Of a stretch of DNA of 54,574 nucleotides, positions 9,437 through 22,100 are shown piece by piece; within the stretch, counting starts at the first letter, position 1; every line of letters begins with the position of its first letter. Source of the DNA: Armatimonadota bacterium (GTDB taxonomy: Bacteria > Sysuimicrobiota > Sysuimicrobiia > Sysuimicrobiales > Humicultoraceae); assembly GCA_037443365.1 (NCBI GenBank), contig JBBIOM010000010.1, forward strand, positions 1 through 54,574. Direction: 5' to 3'. Both the position numbers and the translations under genes were made by a program. A model generated the notes under the pieces. The model was not told the DNA's origin and made no database searches. It saw only the letters and a program-made list of their open reading frames with translations.

Positions 9437-9952
9437 TTACTCGGCGGCCGGGGCGGCCTCGTCAGAGGCGATCACGCGCCCGATGGTGCTGGGATCGCGG
9501 ACCCTGTCGAGGAACAGGACGCCGTCGAGGTGGTCGATCTCGTGCTGCAGGACGCGCGCCAGCAGCCCCTCGGCCTCGATCGTTATCCGGCGCCCGCGGC
9601 GGTTCTTCCCACGCACCGTGACCGCGGCGGCCCTGGGGACCTCCCCGTACATGCCCGGAACGGAGAGACAGGCCTCTACCGCGGTCTCCTCGCCGGACGA
9701 GCGGAGCACCTCAGGATCCACCAGCACAACGGTGCGGTCCTCCACCTGTACCACGATCACGCGCACGGGCTCGCCCAACTGCGGCGCTGCCAGGCCCAGC
9801 CCGTTGGCGGCGCGCAGGGTGGCAAGCATCGTCTCGACGAGACGCTGGATCTCGCGCGTCACCTTCCCGACGCCAGCCGCGCGCCTACGCAGCACCGATG
9901 CCCCCGGGTCCAAGACCGTTACGATGTCTTCGGCGGTTGCCACGTGTGCCAC
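9437..9952 (-). CDS. def: Peptide deformylase
   Basis: GLGLAAPQ, EACLS, QHEIDHLDG. Start uncertain (9958, 9952 or 9943). Confidence 0.93.
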   Translation of the reverse strand: MAHVATAEDIVTVLDPGASVLRRRAAGVGKVTREIQRLVETMLATLRAANGLGLAAPQLGEPVRVIVVQVEDRTVVLVDPEVLRSSGEETAVEACLSVPGMYGEVPRAAAVTVRGKNRRGRRITIEAEGLLARVLQHEIDHLDGVLFLDRVRDPSTIGRVIASDEAAPAAE

Positions 9953-9959
9953 GCACATC

Positions 9960-10009
9960 ACGATAACACGAGCAGACCGTGCCTTCAACGCGCCTCGGGG
10001 CTCACCTTG
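9960..10009 (-). promoter_or_regulatory. Overlapping candidate promoters for def-fmt
   Basis: sigmaA-like TTGAAG-17-TATCGT (9960-9988) and sigmaH-like CAAGGTGAG-11-GTTGAAG (9983-10009). Confidence 0.4.
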
Positions 10010-10013
10010 AGCC

Positions 10014-12152
10014 TCAGAGGTCTTGCGGGTCCACGTCGGCGCTGATCCTTGTCCCACGTGGCACGCCGATCCCCAATAGCAGGGGGCGAACGAGGGCGTT
10101 CGCGGCGCTCCTACTAGAGGCCTTGACGACAATCTCCCAGCGCGCCCTTCCCTCCTCTGGCGCGCCCGCCTTCGGAATCGGGCCGAGGATCTCGAGATCC
10201 ATCGTGGCGTCACGAGCGAGCCGGGCGGCGACGGCCTGCGCCGCCTCCTCTGAACGGACCGTAACATCGAGCGCCACGAGCGACCGGAACGGCGGATACC
10301 CTAGCTGTGCGCGTACCTCGAGCTCATGGGCGTAGAACTGCCTGAGATTGCCTGATGCGGCGGCGCGCACAACCGGATGGCCCGGCTCGGCGGTCTCCAC
10401 CAGCAGCAGCGCGCGGGTCGCCATGCCGACGGTGCGGATCAGCGACAGCGCGCGTTCCGCGGCCCGCCACTCGGGGCGGTGCAGCACGCGGTCGGCCGCC
10501 ACGAAGCCTACGAGGTCGGGCCCAAGCGCGCCCAGATGGGGCAGCACGAGGGACGTGGCGACCAGCACGCCCCCGCGCTCCAGGAAGGGCGCGAGCAGGG
10601 GCCGCGGATCCGCACCCGGGGGGCAGACGTCGCTGTCGAACCTCCAGACGGCAGGGGTGACCCGACGCAGGAGAGCGACCAGGCGCTCGGAACCAGCGCC
10701 CAGGGGCACGAGGCGCGCCGCGCCGCAGCGCGCGCAGACATGGGGAGCGGGCTCGGTGCGCGCGCAGATGCGGCACCGCAGCCGGCGCCGGGTGAGGTCG
10801 TAGGGCATCGCCACGCCACAGCGGCGGCACGTCTCCACCGCGCCGCACTCCATGCACTGCAGGCCTCCGGCGTAGCCCTTGCGGTCGCACAGCAACACCA
10901 CGCGTCCGCGGCGCCGCGCCGTGTTCCGGACGGCCTGGAGGAGCGGACGGCTGATCTCCGCGCGTGGATCCTGGCGGCGCCGGAGGTCTACTACGCCCAG
11001 GCGCACGCGCGGGGAAGGGAGCGCGACCAGGCGCAAATGCCCGTCGCGCACGCCGGCGTAGGCGGCGACCGACGGCGTGGTCGCGCCGATGACCAGGACG
11101 CCCTCGCGCCGCGTGCGCTCCGCGGCCACGGCGCGCGTCACGTAGCGCGGCGCGCGCTCATCCTTGTGGCCGCTCGCGTCCTCGTCGTCCACGATCGCGA
11201 GCAGGGGGCCGCCTGTCGGCGCGAAGACGGCGACGCGCGTCCCGACCACGAGCGCCCGCGGCGTGCGCGCCGCCTGGCGCCAGGCGTCCAGACGCAGGGC
11301 GGCGGGGAGGTCCCCGTGCAGGAGGATCGGCTGGAAACCCGCGTTGCGCGCGGCCTGGGCGAACTCGATCGCTGCGTCCGCGCTTGCGAACGCGGCAGCG
11401 ACCGGGCAACCCGCATCGTTCGCGCGACGTACCGCGGCCAGGTATGCGGGGGTGCGGTTCCACCCGGCGAGCAGGATCTGGCGGGGCCCGCCTGCCAGGG
11501 CATCGTGCAGCGCATCGGCCAAAGCGCCGACGCCTGCAACCGGCGCCGCCGCCGCTTGCGCCGTGGCATCCGGCGGCCGACTCAGGCCTTCGTGTTGAGC
11601 CGCCCCAATCCCGCCGGCGCCGCGCGCGGCACCCGGCCAGGTCACGCGCAGGAGGCGGCCCGCGGCGATCGCGCGAAGCGCCTCCCCCATCGGCGCGAGC
11701 AGGCGCGCGGCCCGCGCCAGCGTCACCGGGCGGCGCGCCATGCCCTCGAGCGCGGCCCTGGCCTCAGGGGGCGGGTCCGCGGGGATCGGGGCGTGGCAGC
11801 GCACCCGGACGCCGGACCAGAGCGCGTCCCAGGGCAGCGCGGCCGCGAGGGCCTCTCCAACCGACGAGAGGTACTCGGCGGCGACCCATCCGGCCAGATG
11901 CACTACCTGTGGAGGAACGATCGGCTCGGGCTCGACCAGCGCCAGCACCGGACGCAGGTCATCCCGGGGCTCGCCTTCCCCTATCACCACCCCAGGGAGG
12001 AGGCGGCGGCCGAACGCCACGATGACCCCTGCCCCGCAGGAGGCGCCCTCCGCGGCGCCGGCCGAGAAGGTGAACGCGTCGTCCCCGGCACGCAGCGGGA
12101 GATCGAGCGCGACGCGAACGGGACGGTCGCCAGGCACGTCGCCCCTGGGCAA
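10014..12152 (-). CDS. priA: Primosomal protein N' with degenerate helicase motifs
   Basis: PriA N-terminal domain, VVGTR.A.FAP, GATTPS, eight-Cys region (CMECG, CRRC, CRIC, CARC), YPPF, DVDP. Start may be GTG 12137. Confidence 0.88.
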   Translation of the reverse strand: MPRGDVPGDRPVRVALDLPLRAGDDAFTFSAGAAEGASCGAGVIVAFGRRLLPGVVIGEGEPRDDLRPVLALVEPEPIVPPQVVHLAGWVAAEYLSSVGEALAAALPWDALWSGVRVRCHAPIPADPPPEARAALEGMARRPVTLARAARLLAPMGEALRAIAAGRLLRVTWPGAARGAGGIGAAQHEGLSRPPDATAQAAAAPVAGVGALADALHDALAGGPRQILLAGWNRTPAYLAAVRRANDAGCPVAAAFASADAAIEFAQAARNAGFQPILLHGDLPAALRLDAWRQAARTPRALVVGTRVAVFAPTGGPLLAIVDDEDASGHKDERAPRYVTRAVAAERTRREGVLVIGATTPSVAAYAGVRDGHLRLVALPSPRVRLGVVDLRRRQDPRAEISRPLLQAVRNTARRRGRVVLLCDRKGYAGGLQCMECGAVETCRRCGVAMPYDLTRRRLRCRICARTEPAPHVCARCGAARLVPLGAGSERLVALLRRVTPAVWRFDSDVCPPGADPRPLLAPFLERGGVLVATSLVLPHLGALGPDLVGFVAADRVLHRPEWRAAERALSLIRTVGMATRALLLVETAEPGHPVVRAAASGNLRQFYAHELEVRAQLGYPPFRSLVALDVTVRSEEAAQAVAARLARDATMDLEILGPIPKAGAPEEGRARWEIVVKASSRSAANALVRPLLLGIGVPRGTRISADVDPQDL

Positions 12153-12169
12153 GACGCACCCCGGGGCCG

Positions 12170-12706
12170 CTATCTAGCCTCCGAGGCCGCGCGCAGCCCG
12201 CGCGTCAGGAGAACCAGCGCTTCCGCCATCGCCTCGGGGGGCCAGCGGCTCGTGTCCACGACCAGGTGAAAGGGCGCGCGGTCGGTGATGTCAATGCCGT
12301 AGAGCGCCCTGTAGCGCGACCACTCGCTCCGCTCCCGGGTGAGCAGCTCGTCGCGCGCGGCGTCCGGGTCGTGCCCTTCCCTTCCTGCCACGCGGGCCGC
12401 GCGCACTTCCAGCGGCGCGTCGAGCCAGACCTTCAGGTCGGCCTGCACCATCCACCCGGCGAGCCGCGACTCGACCACGCACGGCCCGGGTCGGGCCAGT
12501 TCGGCCTGCAGCTGATCGAGGTCGCGATCTATACGGGGATCGCCCTCGGCGAGGCGGTTGAGCTCCACGACCGAGATTCCGCGCCGGGCCGCCAGTTCCC
12601 GGAAGACGCCTCCGGCCGAGATGCACGGGATGCCCAGCCGTTCGGCCAGCATGCGTGCCACGGTGCTCTTCCCGACGCCGATGGGTCCGCTTATGGCTAC
12701 GATCAC
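12170..12706 (-). CDS. cmk: Cytidylate kinase, archaeal-type (COG1102-like)
   Basis: ISGPIGVGKST, SAG.VFRELA, IDRDLD, VVESRLAGW, DAPLEVRA.R, RY..LYGID; about 180 aa. Confidence 0.8.
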   Translation of the reverse strand: MIVAISGPIGVGKSTVARMLAERLGIPCISAGGVFRELAARRGISVVELNRLAEGDPRIDRDLDQLQAELARPGPCVVESRLAGWMVQADLKVWLDAPLEVRAARVAGREGHDPDAARDELLTRERSEWSRYRALYGIDITDRAPFHLVVDTSRWPPEAMAEALVLLTRGLRAASEAR

Positions 12707-12719
12707 GACACCCGCCGCC

Positions 12720-12986
12720 TCACTCGGCGGAGTCCTCGCCCACATCGCGCGCGGCGTAGCGGTTCGCCAGCGTCTCTGGCTGCACCGCCGAGAGCACCAC
12801 GTGCCCGCTGTCGGTGATCACCACGGCGCGCGTCCGGCGGCCGTAGGTCGCGTCTATCAGGGTGCCGCGCTCCCTGGATTCCTGGACGATGCGCTTCACC
12901 GGTGCCGAGTCAGGACTGATAATGGCCACAATGCGATTAGCGGCCAGGATGTTGCCGTGACCGATGCTGATAAGGCGGGTCTCCAT
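12720..12986 (-). CDS. remA: RemA/DUF370 family regulator
   Basis: [45 protein letters not shown]. Confidence 0.93.
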   Translation of the reverse strand: METRLISIGHGNILAANRIVAIISPDSAPVKRIVQESRERGTLIDATYGRRTRAVVITDSGHVVLSAVQPETLANRYAARDVGEDSAE

Positions 12987-13024
12987 CGCGCGTTGCGGCT
13001 CCGTCTCCTGTTCGGTGTCGCGTC

Positions 13025-13906
13025 CTACTCCACGTTCTGGATCTGCTCGCGGAGGTTCTCCAGTTCGCGCTTCATCTCGATCACGGCCCGGGTGATCTCC
13101 AGGTCGTTGGCCTTGGATCCGATGGTGTTCGTCTCGCGACCCATCTCCTGAAGGATGAAGTCCATCTTGCGCCCCACCGCTCCGTCATCCGCCGTCAGCG
13201 CATGCCGGAACTGCTCCAGGTGGCTGCGCAGCCGCGTCAGCTCCTCGGTTGTGTCGCTCCGATCCGCGAAGACCGCCAGCTCGGTGGCGATCCGGGCCTC
13301 ATCCAACGGCGTCTCGCCCAGGAGCTCGGCCAGGCGCGCGCGCAGCCTCTCCGCGTAGGCCCGCACGACCCCGCGGCTCCGCGCGGCGACCAGTTCGGCC
13401 ATCGTCTCAACCGCGCCAACGCGCGCCAGCATGTCCGTGGCGAGGCGCGCGCCCTCGGCGGCGCGCATCGCCACAAGCGCCTCGAGCGCGGCCCGGACCG
13501 CCGACTCCAGGGCGGGCCAGAACGCCTCGGCCTCGACGCGCTCTTCTTCCAGGCGCAGCACGTCGGGCAGTCCCGCGAGCTGAGTCAGGCTGACCTCGCC
13601 GCTTGCGCCGACAGCGGCCGCCAGGTCCCGCAGCGCGCGCACGTAGGAGGCGGCCAGCTCGACATCGGCGCGGAATGTGCGCGGCCGGCGCATGCTCTCG
13701 TCGCGCGAGATAGCCACCTCGACGCGCCCGCGACGAACCCGCTCCGCAACCAGCGCACGGACGCGTTCCTCGAGGGCGCCCAGGTCGCGCGGAATGCGCA
13801 CCTGCACCTCGCTGAACCTGTGGTTCACCGACCTGATCTCAACGGTGAGCCGCCCGCCCGGCGCATCGGCGGCCGCGGTACCGAACCCGGTCATGCTGCG
13901 GATCAC
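13025..13906 (-). CDS. yicC: YicC/YloC family endoribonuclease
   Basis: [56 protein letters not shown] start at 13906. Confidence 0.93.
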   Translation of the reverse strand: MIRSMTGFGTAAADAPGGRLTVEIRSVNHRFSEVQVRIPRDLGALEERVRALVAERVRRGRVEVAISRDESMRRPRTFRADVELAASYVRALRDLAAAVGASGEVSLTQLAGLPDVLRLEEERVEAEAFWPALESAVRAALEALVAMRAAEGARLATDMLARVGAVETMAELVAARSRGVVRAYAERLRARLAELLGETPLDEARIATELAVFADRSDTTEELTRLRSHLEQFRHALTADDGAVGRKMDFILQEMGRETNTIGSKANDLEITRAVIEMKRELENLREQIQNVE

Positions 13907-13914
13907 GCGCTTCA

Positions 13915-13942
13915 CTTCGGCCCGCCCGCAGACCGTTCCTGC
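13915..13942 (-). promoter_or_regulatory. sigmaH-like promoter upstream of yicC-remA
   Basis: GCAGGAACG-12 nt-GCCGAAG, 8 nt before the GTG. Confidence 0.5.
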
Positions 13943-13960
13943 CCGCCCCAGCGAGGCCAC

Positions 13961-13989
13961 TTGCGGGCGGTCATCGGGTATCGTATGGT
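13961..13989 (+). promoter_or_regulatory. Candidate sigmaA promoter for rqcH
   Basis: TTGCGG-17 nt-TATGGT, 9 nt before an ATG that has no SD. Confidence 0.4.
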
Positions 13990-13998
13990 GGCACCGGC

Positions 13999-17250
<3,252 letters not shown>

Positions 17251-17255
17251 GGGGC

Positions 17256-18023
17256 CTACGCCGGCGCCTCGGGTGATGGCTCCGGCGGGACGGTCGGTGC
17301 GCCGCGCTGCAGCCGCACCAGCAGCACCCCGGTTGCCAGCACAACGACGCCGCTGGCCAGATGACCGGCGGTCAGGGGACCAACAACAGCCGGCGCCTCG
17401 ACGAAGAAGTCCACGGCAAACCGGGCCACCGCCTGCAGGAACACCGCGAGCACGAAGAGGGTCCCGGCCGCCAGTTGCCGCCCGCGCTGCGCGCGCAGTA
17501 TGGCCAGGATCGCCGCCATCGCCAGCAGCAGGTAGATCTGCGTTGGGTGCCGCCGCTCGAGGAACATCTCAACTGCCCAGGGCACGCCTGTGGGCCTGCC
17601 GGCGAACAGGCCGTGCAGGAGCGCGCCGATCATGGCCACGCCGTAGCCGAGGATGAGCGCCGGCGCGAATGCGTCCAGCAGGCCCGCGCACGATACCTGC
17701 TGCCCCCGGGCGAATGAGCGCACCAGCAGCAGCGCGGCAACCAGGGCCCCGTAGTAGACGAGCCCGCCGTCGCGCCAGATCGTGACCATCTTGACGGGTT
17801 CGGCCGCGAACTGCCCGAGGTTCGCGAGTATGTACCCGACGCGGCCGCCCGCAATCCCGACGATGATCGCGTAGAGGGCAAGGTCCAGCGTCCAGTTCGG
17901 ATCGGCACCGAGCCGCCGGGCGTTGCCGCGGGCGGCGCCTATCGCCACCAGGAACGCCAGCAGCAGGAAGACGCCAAACGCCGAGATCGGGATGCCCCAC
18001 AGGTCGTACAGGATTGGCCGCAC
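17256..18023 (-). CDS. lgt: Prolipoprotein diacylglyceryl transferase family protein (divergent)
   Basis: Multi-TM; GGR.GY, IWRDGGLVYYG, HPTQIY, RFAVDFF; adjacent to lspA. Catalytic segment altered. Confidence 0.8.
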   Translation of the reverse strand: MRPILYDLWGIPISAFGVFLLLAFLVAIGAARGNARRLGADPNWTLDLALYAIIVGIAGGRVGYILANLGQFAAEPVKMVTIWRDGGLVYYGALVAALLLVRSFARGQQVSCAGLLDAFAPALILGYGVAMIGALLHGLFAGRPTGVPWAVEMFLERRHPTQIYLLLAMAAILAILRAQRGRQLAAGTLFVLAVFLQAVARFAVDFFVEAPAVVGPLTAGHLASGVVVLATGVLLVRLQRGAPTVPPEPSPEAPA

Positions 18024-18027
18024 TCGC

Positions 18028-18570
18028 TCACCTCCGGGATTGCGCCTGCCGGCCCTCGCGCGCCGTCACCAGCACGAGCAGCCCGGCACCCACTACGATC
18101 GCCACATCGGCCAGATTGAATACGGGCCAGAAGTGCAGGTCAAGGTAGTCCACCACGTAGCCCAGCCGCGCGCGGTCGAGCAGGTTGCCGCAGGCGCCGC
18201 CTGACATCAACGCAATGCCGCCGGCTGCCGCGCGCGTAGCCAGATGGCGGCCTCTATTGTAGAGAACCAGCAAGAACAGGGTCAAGGCGACGAGCGCCGC
18301 CACGACCGGGTTGATTCCGCTCAGCAGGCCGAACGCCACGCCCGGATTCTGCACGTGCGTGAGGCTGAGCACGCCTGGGACGATCGAAACGCTTGCCGAA
18401 GGAGGCAGGGCACGCACCACGATCGCCTTGACGGCCTGGTCGGATGCGGCCACAAGCAGGGCCGCGCCTGAGAGCACGACCCAAGATCGCCCCCTGGCGA
18501 GCGCCCGGGGCGGGCCCGTGGGCTCTACCGCAGGAGCGCCCGTTCCTCGCGCTCCTTGCACCGGATGCAC
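18028..18570 (-). CDS. lspA: Lipoprotein signal peptidase II
   Basis: NPGVAFG, GGACGNLLDR, GYVVDYLD, FNLAD. Start uncertain. Confidence 0.93.
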   Translation of the reverse strand: MHPVQGARGTGAPAVEPTGPPRALARGRSWVVLSGAALLVAASDQAVKAIVVRALPPSASVSIVPGVLSLTHVQNPGVAFGLLSGINPVVAALVALTLFLLVLYNRGRHLATRAAAGGIALMSGGACGNLLDRARLGYVVDYLDLHFWPVFNLADVAIVVGAGLLVLVTAREGRQAQSRR

Positions 18571-19025
18571 AGGCGGGCGTAGGGCAGGGCGCGCAGGCGA
18601 TCAGGATGGATGTTCTGCTCGCACACCTTGCAGACCCCGAAAGATCCTTCCTCGATGCGGGCCAGGGCCTCCTCGACCTCGTGGAGCAGCCCGTGCACGC
18701 TGTTCTCTATGGCGAGCCCCTTCTCACGTTCGAAGGTGTCGCTCGCGACGTCAACCAGGTCCTCGTCGTAGCTGCCGCCGGTGTCCATTCCCACCTGCTC
18801 AACCTCGGGCAGGCGCTCCTCGATCGCCTCCAGCTCAGCGTTGAGGCGAACCCGCTCGGCCTCGAGCAAGCGGCGCAGTTCCTCCACCTCTCGCCTTGTG
18901 AGGGATCGTGGCGGCTTCTGCGGGGCCGCGCGCGATGCGGCGGGCCGCGCGCTTCTCTTGCGCCTAGCCGTCTTTGCAGTCCGCCCAGGGCTCTTCCTGG
19001 GCCGGCGGGCAGGCTTGGTGGCCAT
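18525..19025 (-). CDS. TraR/DksA C4 zinc-finger protein (YlyA-like position)
   Basis: Coiled coil with DLVDVASD tip, CKVC...RLRALP...CIRC; basic low-complexity N-terminus. Confidence 0.9.
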   Translation of the reverse strand: MATKPARRPRKSPGRTAKTARRKRSARPAASRAAPQKPPRSLTRREVEELRRLLEAERVRLNAELEAIEERLPEVEQVGMDTGGSYDEDLVDVASDTFEREKGLAIENSVHGLLHEVEEALARIEEGSFGVCKVCEQNIHPDRLRALPYARLCIRCKEREERALLR

Positions 19026-19066
19026 CAGCCATCTCCCCTCTGTGCGCGCGGATGAAAACCGGGCCT

Positions 19067-19095
19067 ATCTTACCCGACCGCCCGGGCACTGGCAA
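19067..19095 (-). promoter_or_regulatory. sigmaA-type promoter for the dksA-like/lspA/lgt/rluD/pyrR unit
   Basis: TTGCCA-17 nt-TAAGAT. Confidence 0.65.
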
Positions 19096-19111
19096 GGGCG
19101 CGAATCACCCT

Positions 19112-22100
19112 TTACCCGGCGCGCTCCAGGGCCACCCTGAGGCGCATACCGTCCAGCAGGATCTCCCTGGCGGAAGAGCCCTCCGGCACCGCGCGGGAGA
19201 TCTCCGGCGCCAGGGTCTCGGCCTGGACGTAAGACCCGTACGCCGCCAGCAGATCCCCGACCTCCACGCCCCCCTCGATGTGCAGGATGATCCGGTCGCT
19301 GACTTCGAGGCCCGCGTCCTTGCGGAGTTGCTGGACGTGGTGCACGAGCTCGCGCGCCCGGCCTTCCAACGCCAGTTGCGGGCTCACGGCGGTCTCGAGG
19401 ATGACGACCTGGCTGCCGGCCGCCTCGGCCGCGTACCCCGGCGCCACCTGCAGCCTGACCTCCACCTCGTCCGGCTCCACTGCCAGGGGCTCGCCCCCGA
19501 CCTGCACCTCCAGGCCTCCCCCCGCGCCCAGCGCGGCGGCCGCTGCGTCGGGAGGCAGGGCCCGCAGGGCCGCGGCCACGGCCTGCACCCGTCCGCCGTA
19601 CTTGGGACCCAGGCGGTCGAAGCGCGGCTTGACCTCGTGCCGGACGTAGGCCGACGCGTCCTCCACGAAGCGAACAGCCTTGACGTTGAGCTCCTCGGCC
19701 AGCAGATCGACAAGCTCGGGCCGCTCAATGAGGTTCCGGTCGCTGGTCGCGATCAGAACCGCGGCAAGCGGCTGGCGCACGCGGATCTTCGCGCTGCCGC
19801 GCGCGGCCCTCCCCAGGCTGACAAGCCCTCGCACGCCCTGCATGGCCGTCTCCAGATCCTCGTCTGTGGCCCCCGGATCGCTCTCGGGGTAGGCGCACAG
19901 GTGCACGCTGGCGGGCGCGCCCTCCTCCACGCCGCGCACGAGGTTCTGGTACATGGCCTCGGTGACGAACGGAACGAACGGTGCCAGCGCCAGCGCCAGC
20001 GTGCGCAGCACCCGGTAGAGCGTGTAGTAGGCCGCGCGCTTGTCCGCGTCGTCCTCGCTCTTCCAGAACCTCCGCCGGCTGCGGCGCACGTACCACGTGG
20101 ACAGCTCGTCCACGAACGCCTCGGCGGCGCGGCAGGCACTTGCGGTATCGTAGTCGTCCAGGCGATCGCGCAGCACGCCCACCAGACGGGCCAGGCGCGA
20201 GAGGATCCAGCGGTCGAGCAGGCCCAGCGGAGGGGGCGCCTCCTGCATCGCGCTGATATCTAGGGTCTCCAGGGAAGCATAGGTCACGAAGAAGGCGTAG
20301 ACATTCCACCAGGGCAGCACAAATCGGCGGCGGGCCTCGCCCGCGGGACCGTACCCGAAGTTGACGTTCGCCGCGGGGTTCTGAGCCGCGAAGACCCACC
20401 GCGCGACGTCGGCGCCGATCAGGTCCGCGGCTTCCTCGAACTCGATGGCATTGCCCCAGGACTTGTGCATCTCGCGCCCGTCCTCGCCGCGGACCATGGC
20501 GTGCCCCAGGCAGACCTCGAAGGGCGGGCGACCCTCGAGCACGGTACTCATGACCAGGAGAGAGTAGAACCAGTTGCGGTACTGGCCGGGAAAGGCCTCC
20601 GTTATGAAGTGGGCAGGGAACCACTCGCGCCAGTACTGCCGGTCGCCCACGTAGGAGACCGTACCGGTGCGAGGATCGACGAGCGTACTGAACGGCACTA
20701 TGCCGGCGTCCAGCCAGGGGTTGCCCACATCGGAGATTCGAGAGACGGTCGCCCCGCACGAGGCGCACGCGATCCGCACCGCGTCCACCCACGGCCTGTG
20801 AGGCGAGTGGCCCTCGAACTCCTCCCATCCCTCCACCGCGCGCGCGCGCAGCTCCTCGCGCGACCCGATGACCTCGAACCCGTGGCAGGAGCCGCACTCG
20901 TAGATGGGCAGGGCCAGTCCGTAGTACCGCTTCTTGCTGATCATCCAGTCGCGCATGTTGCGCAGCCAGTCAATCTCGCGGTCCATCCCGAAGGACGGAA
21001 CCCAGCGGATCTGACGGGTTACGTCCATCATGGCCTCGCGCACGGGATCCATGGCGATGAGCCATTCGTCCACCAGCCGGAAGATCAGCTCGCTCCCGCA
21101 GCGCCAGCAGACCGGGTACCGGTGGGTGTAGGGCTCCGCCCGGTAGAGCAGGCCCGAAGCGCGCAGATGGTCCTCGATGGGTCCGGCCACCTCGTAGACG
21201 GACCTCCCCTCGAGCCAGCCGTAGGCGCCGGAGAAGACGCCGAACTCGTCGAGGGGGGCCAGGACGGCCAGGTCGTGCTCCTTGCCCAGCGCGAAGTCCT
21301 CGGCTCCGCATCCAGGCGCGATGTGCACTATGCCGGTGCCCTCCTCGGCGCTGACCTCGCGCCAGGCGATCACCCGGTGCTCCACTCCTTCCTGCGCCGG
21401 GAGGTCGTCGAATGGGCCGCGGTAGCGCCGGCCCACCAGGGCGGCGCCCTGCATCGTCTCGGCCGTCTCGTACGGGCCCGCGAGGATGCCAAGCGCGCCC
21501 TCGCACAGGTAGTACTCCTGATCACCCTGCCGGACGCGCGCGTACGTGAGGTCGGGATGAACCGCCGCGGCAACGTTGCTCGTCAGCGTCCAGGGCGTGG
21601 TCGTCCACGCCAGCAGCGATCTCCCGGGCTCGTCAACCAGCGGGAACCTCACGGTCAGGCCGGGGTGCGTGAGCTCGCGGTAGCCCTCCGTGACGATCTC
21701 GTGCTCTGAGATCCCCGTGCTGCAGCGTGGGCACCAAGGCATCACGTCGTGCCCCTTGTAGACCATCCCCCGCTCCCAGCACTTCTTGAGGAAGTGCCAG
21801 ATCGTGTAGTTGTTGTCGTCGGACAGCGTGTGGTACGAGTTGTCCCAGTTCATCCAGTAACCCAGACGCAGGGACTGCTGCGTGATCAGGTCGGCGAACC
21901 GGCGCACGCGCGCCTTGCACTGCTCGACGAAGCGTGCGATCCCGTAGACCTCGATGTCGCGCTTCGTGCGAAATCCCAGCTCGCGCTCGACCTCCACCTC
22001 GACCCACAGGCCCTGGCCGTCAAAGCCGTTCTGGTAGCGCTGCCTGAACCCCAGCATCGTCTTGTAGCGAGCGAACAGGTCCTTGTAGGTCCTGCCCCAG

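Noticed and set aside
9660-9680. Def motif EACLS instead of EGCLS
   Set aside because: Metal ligands (Cys, HExxH) are intact; a minor variant.
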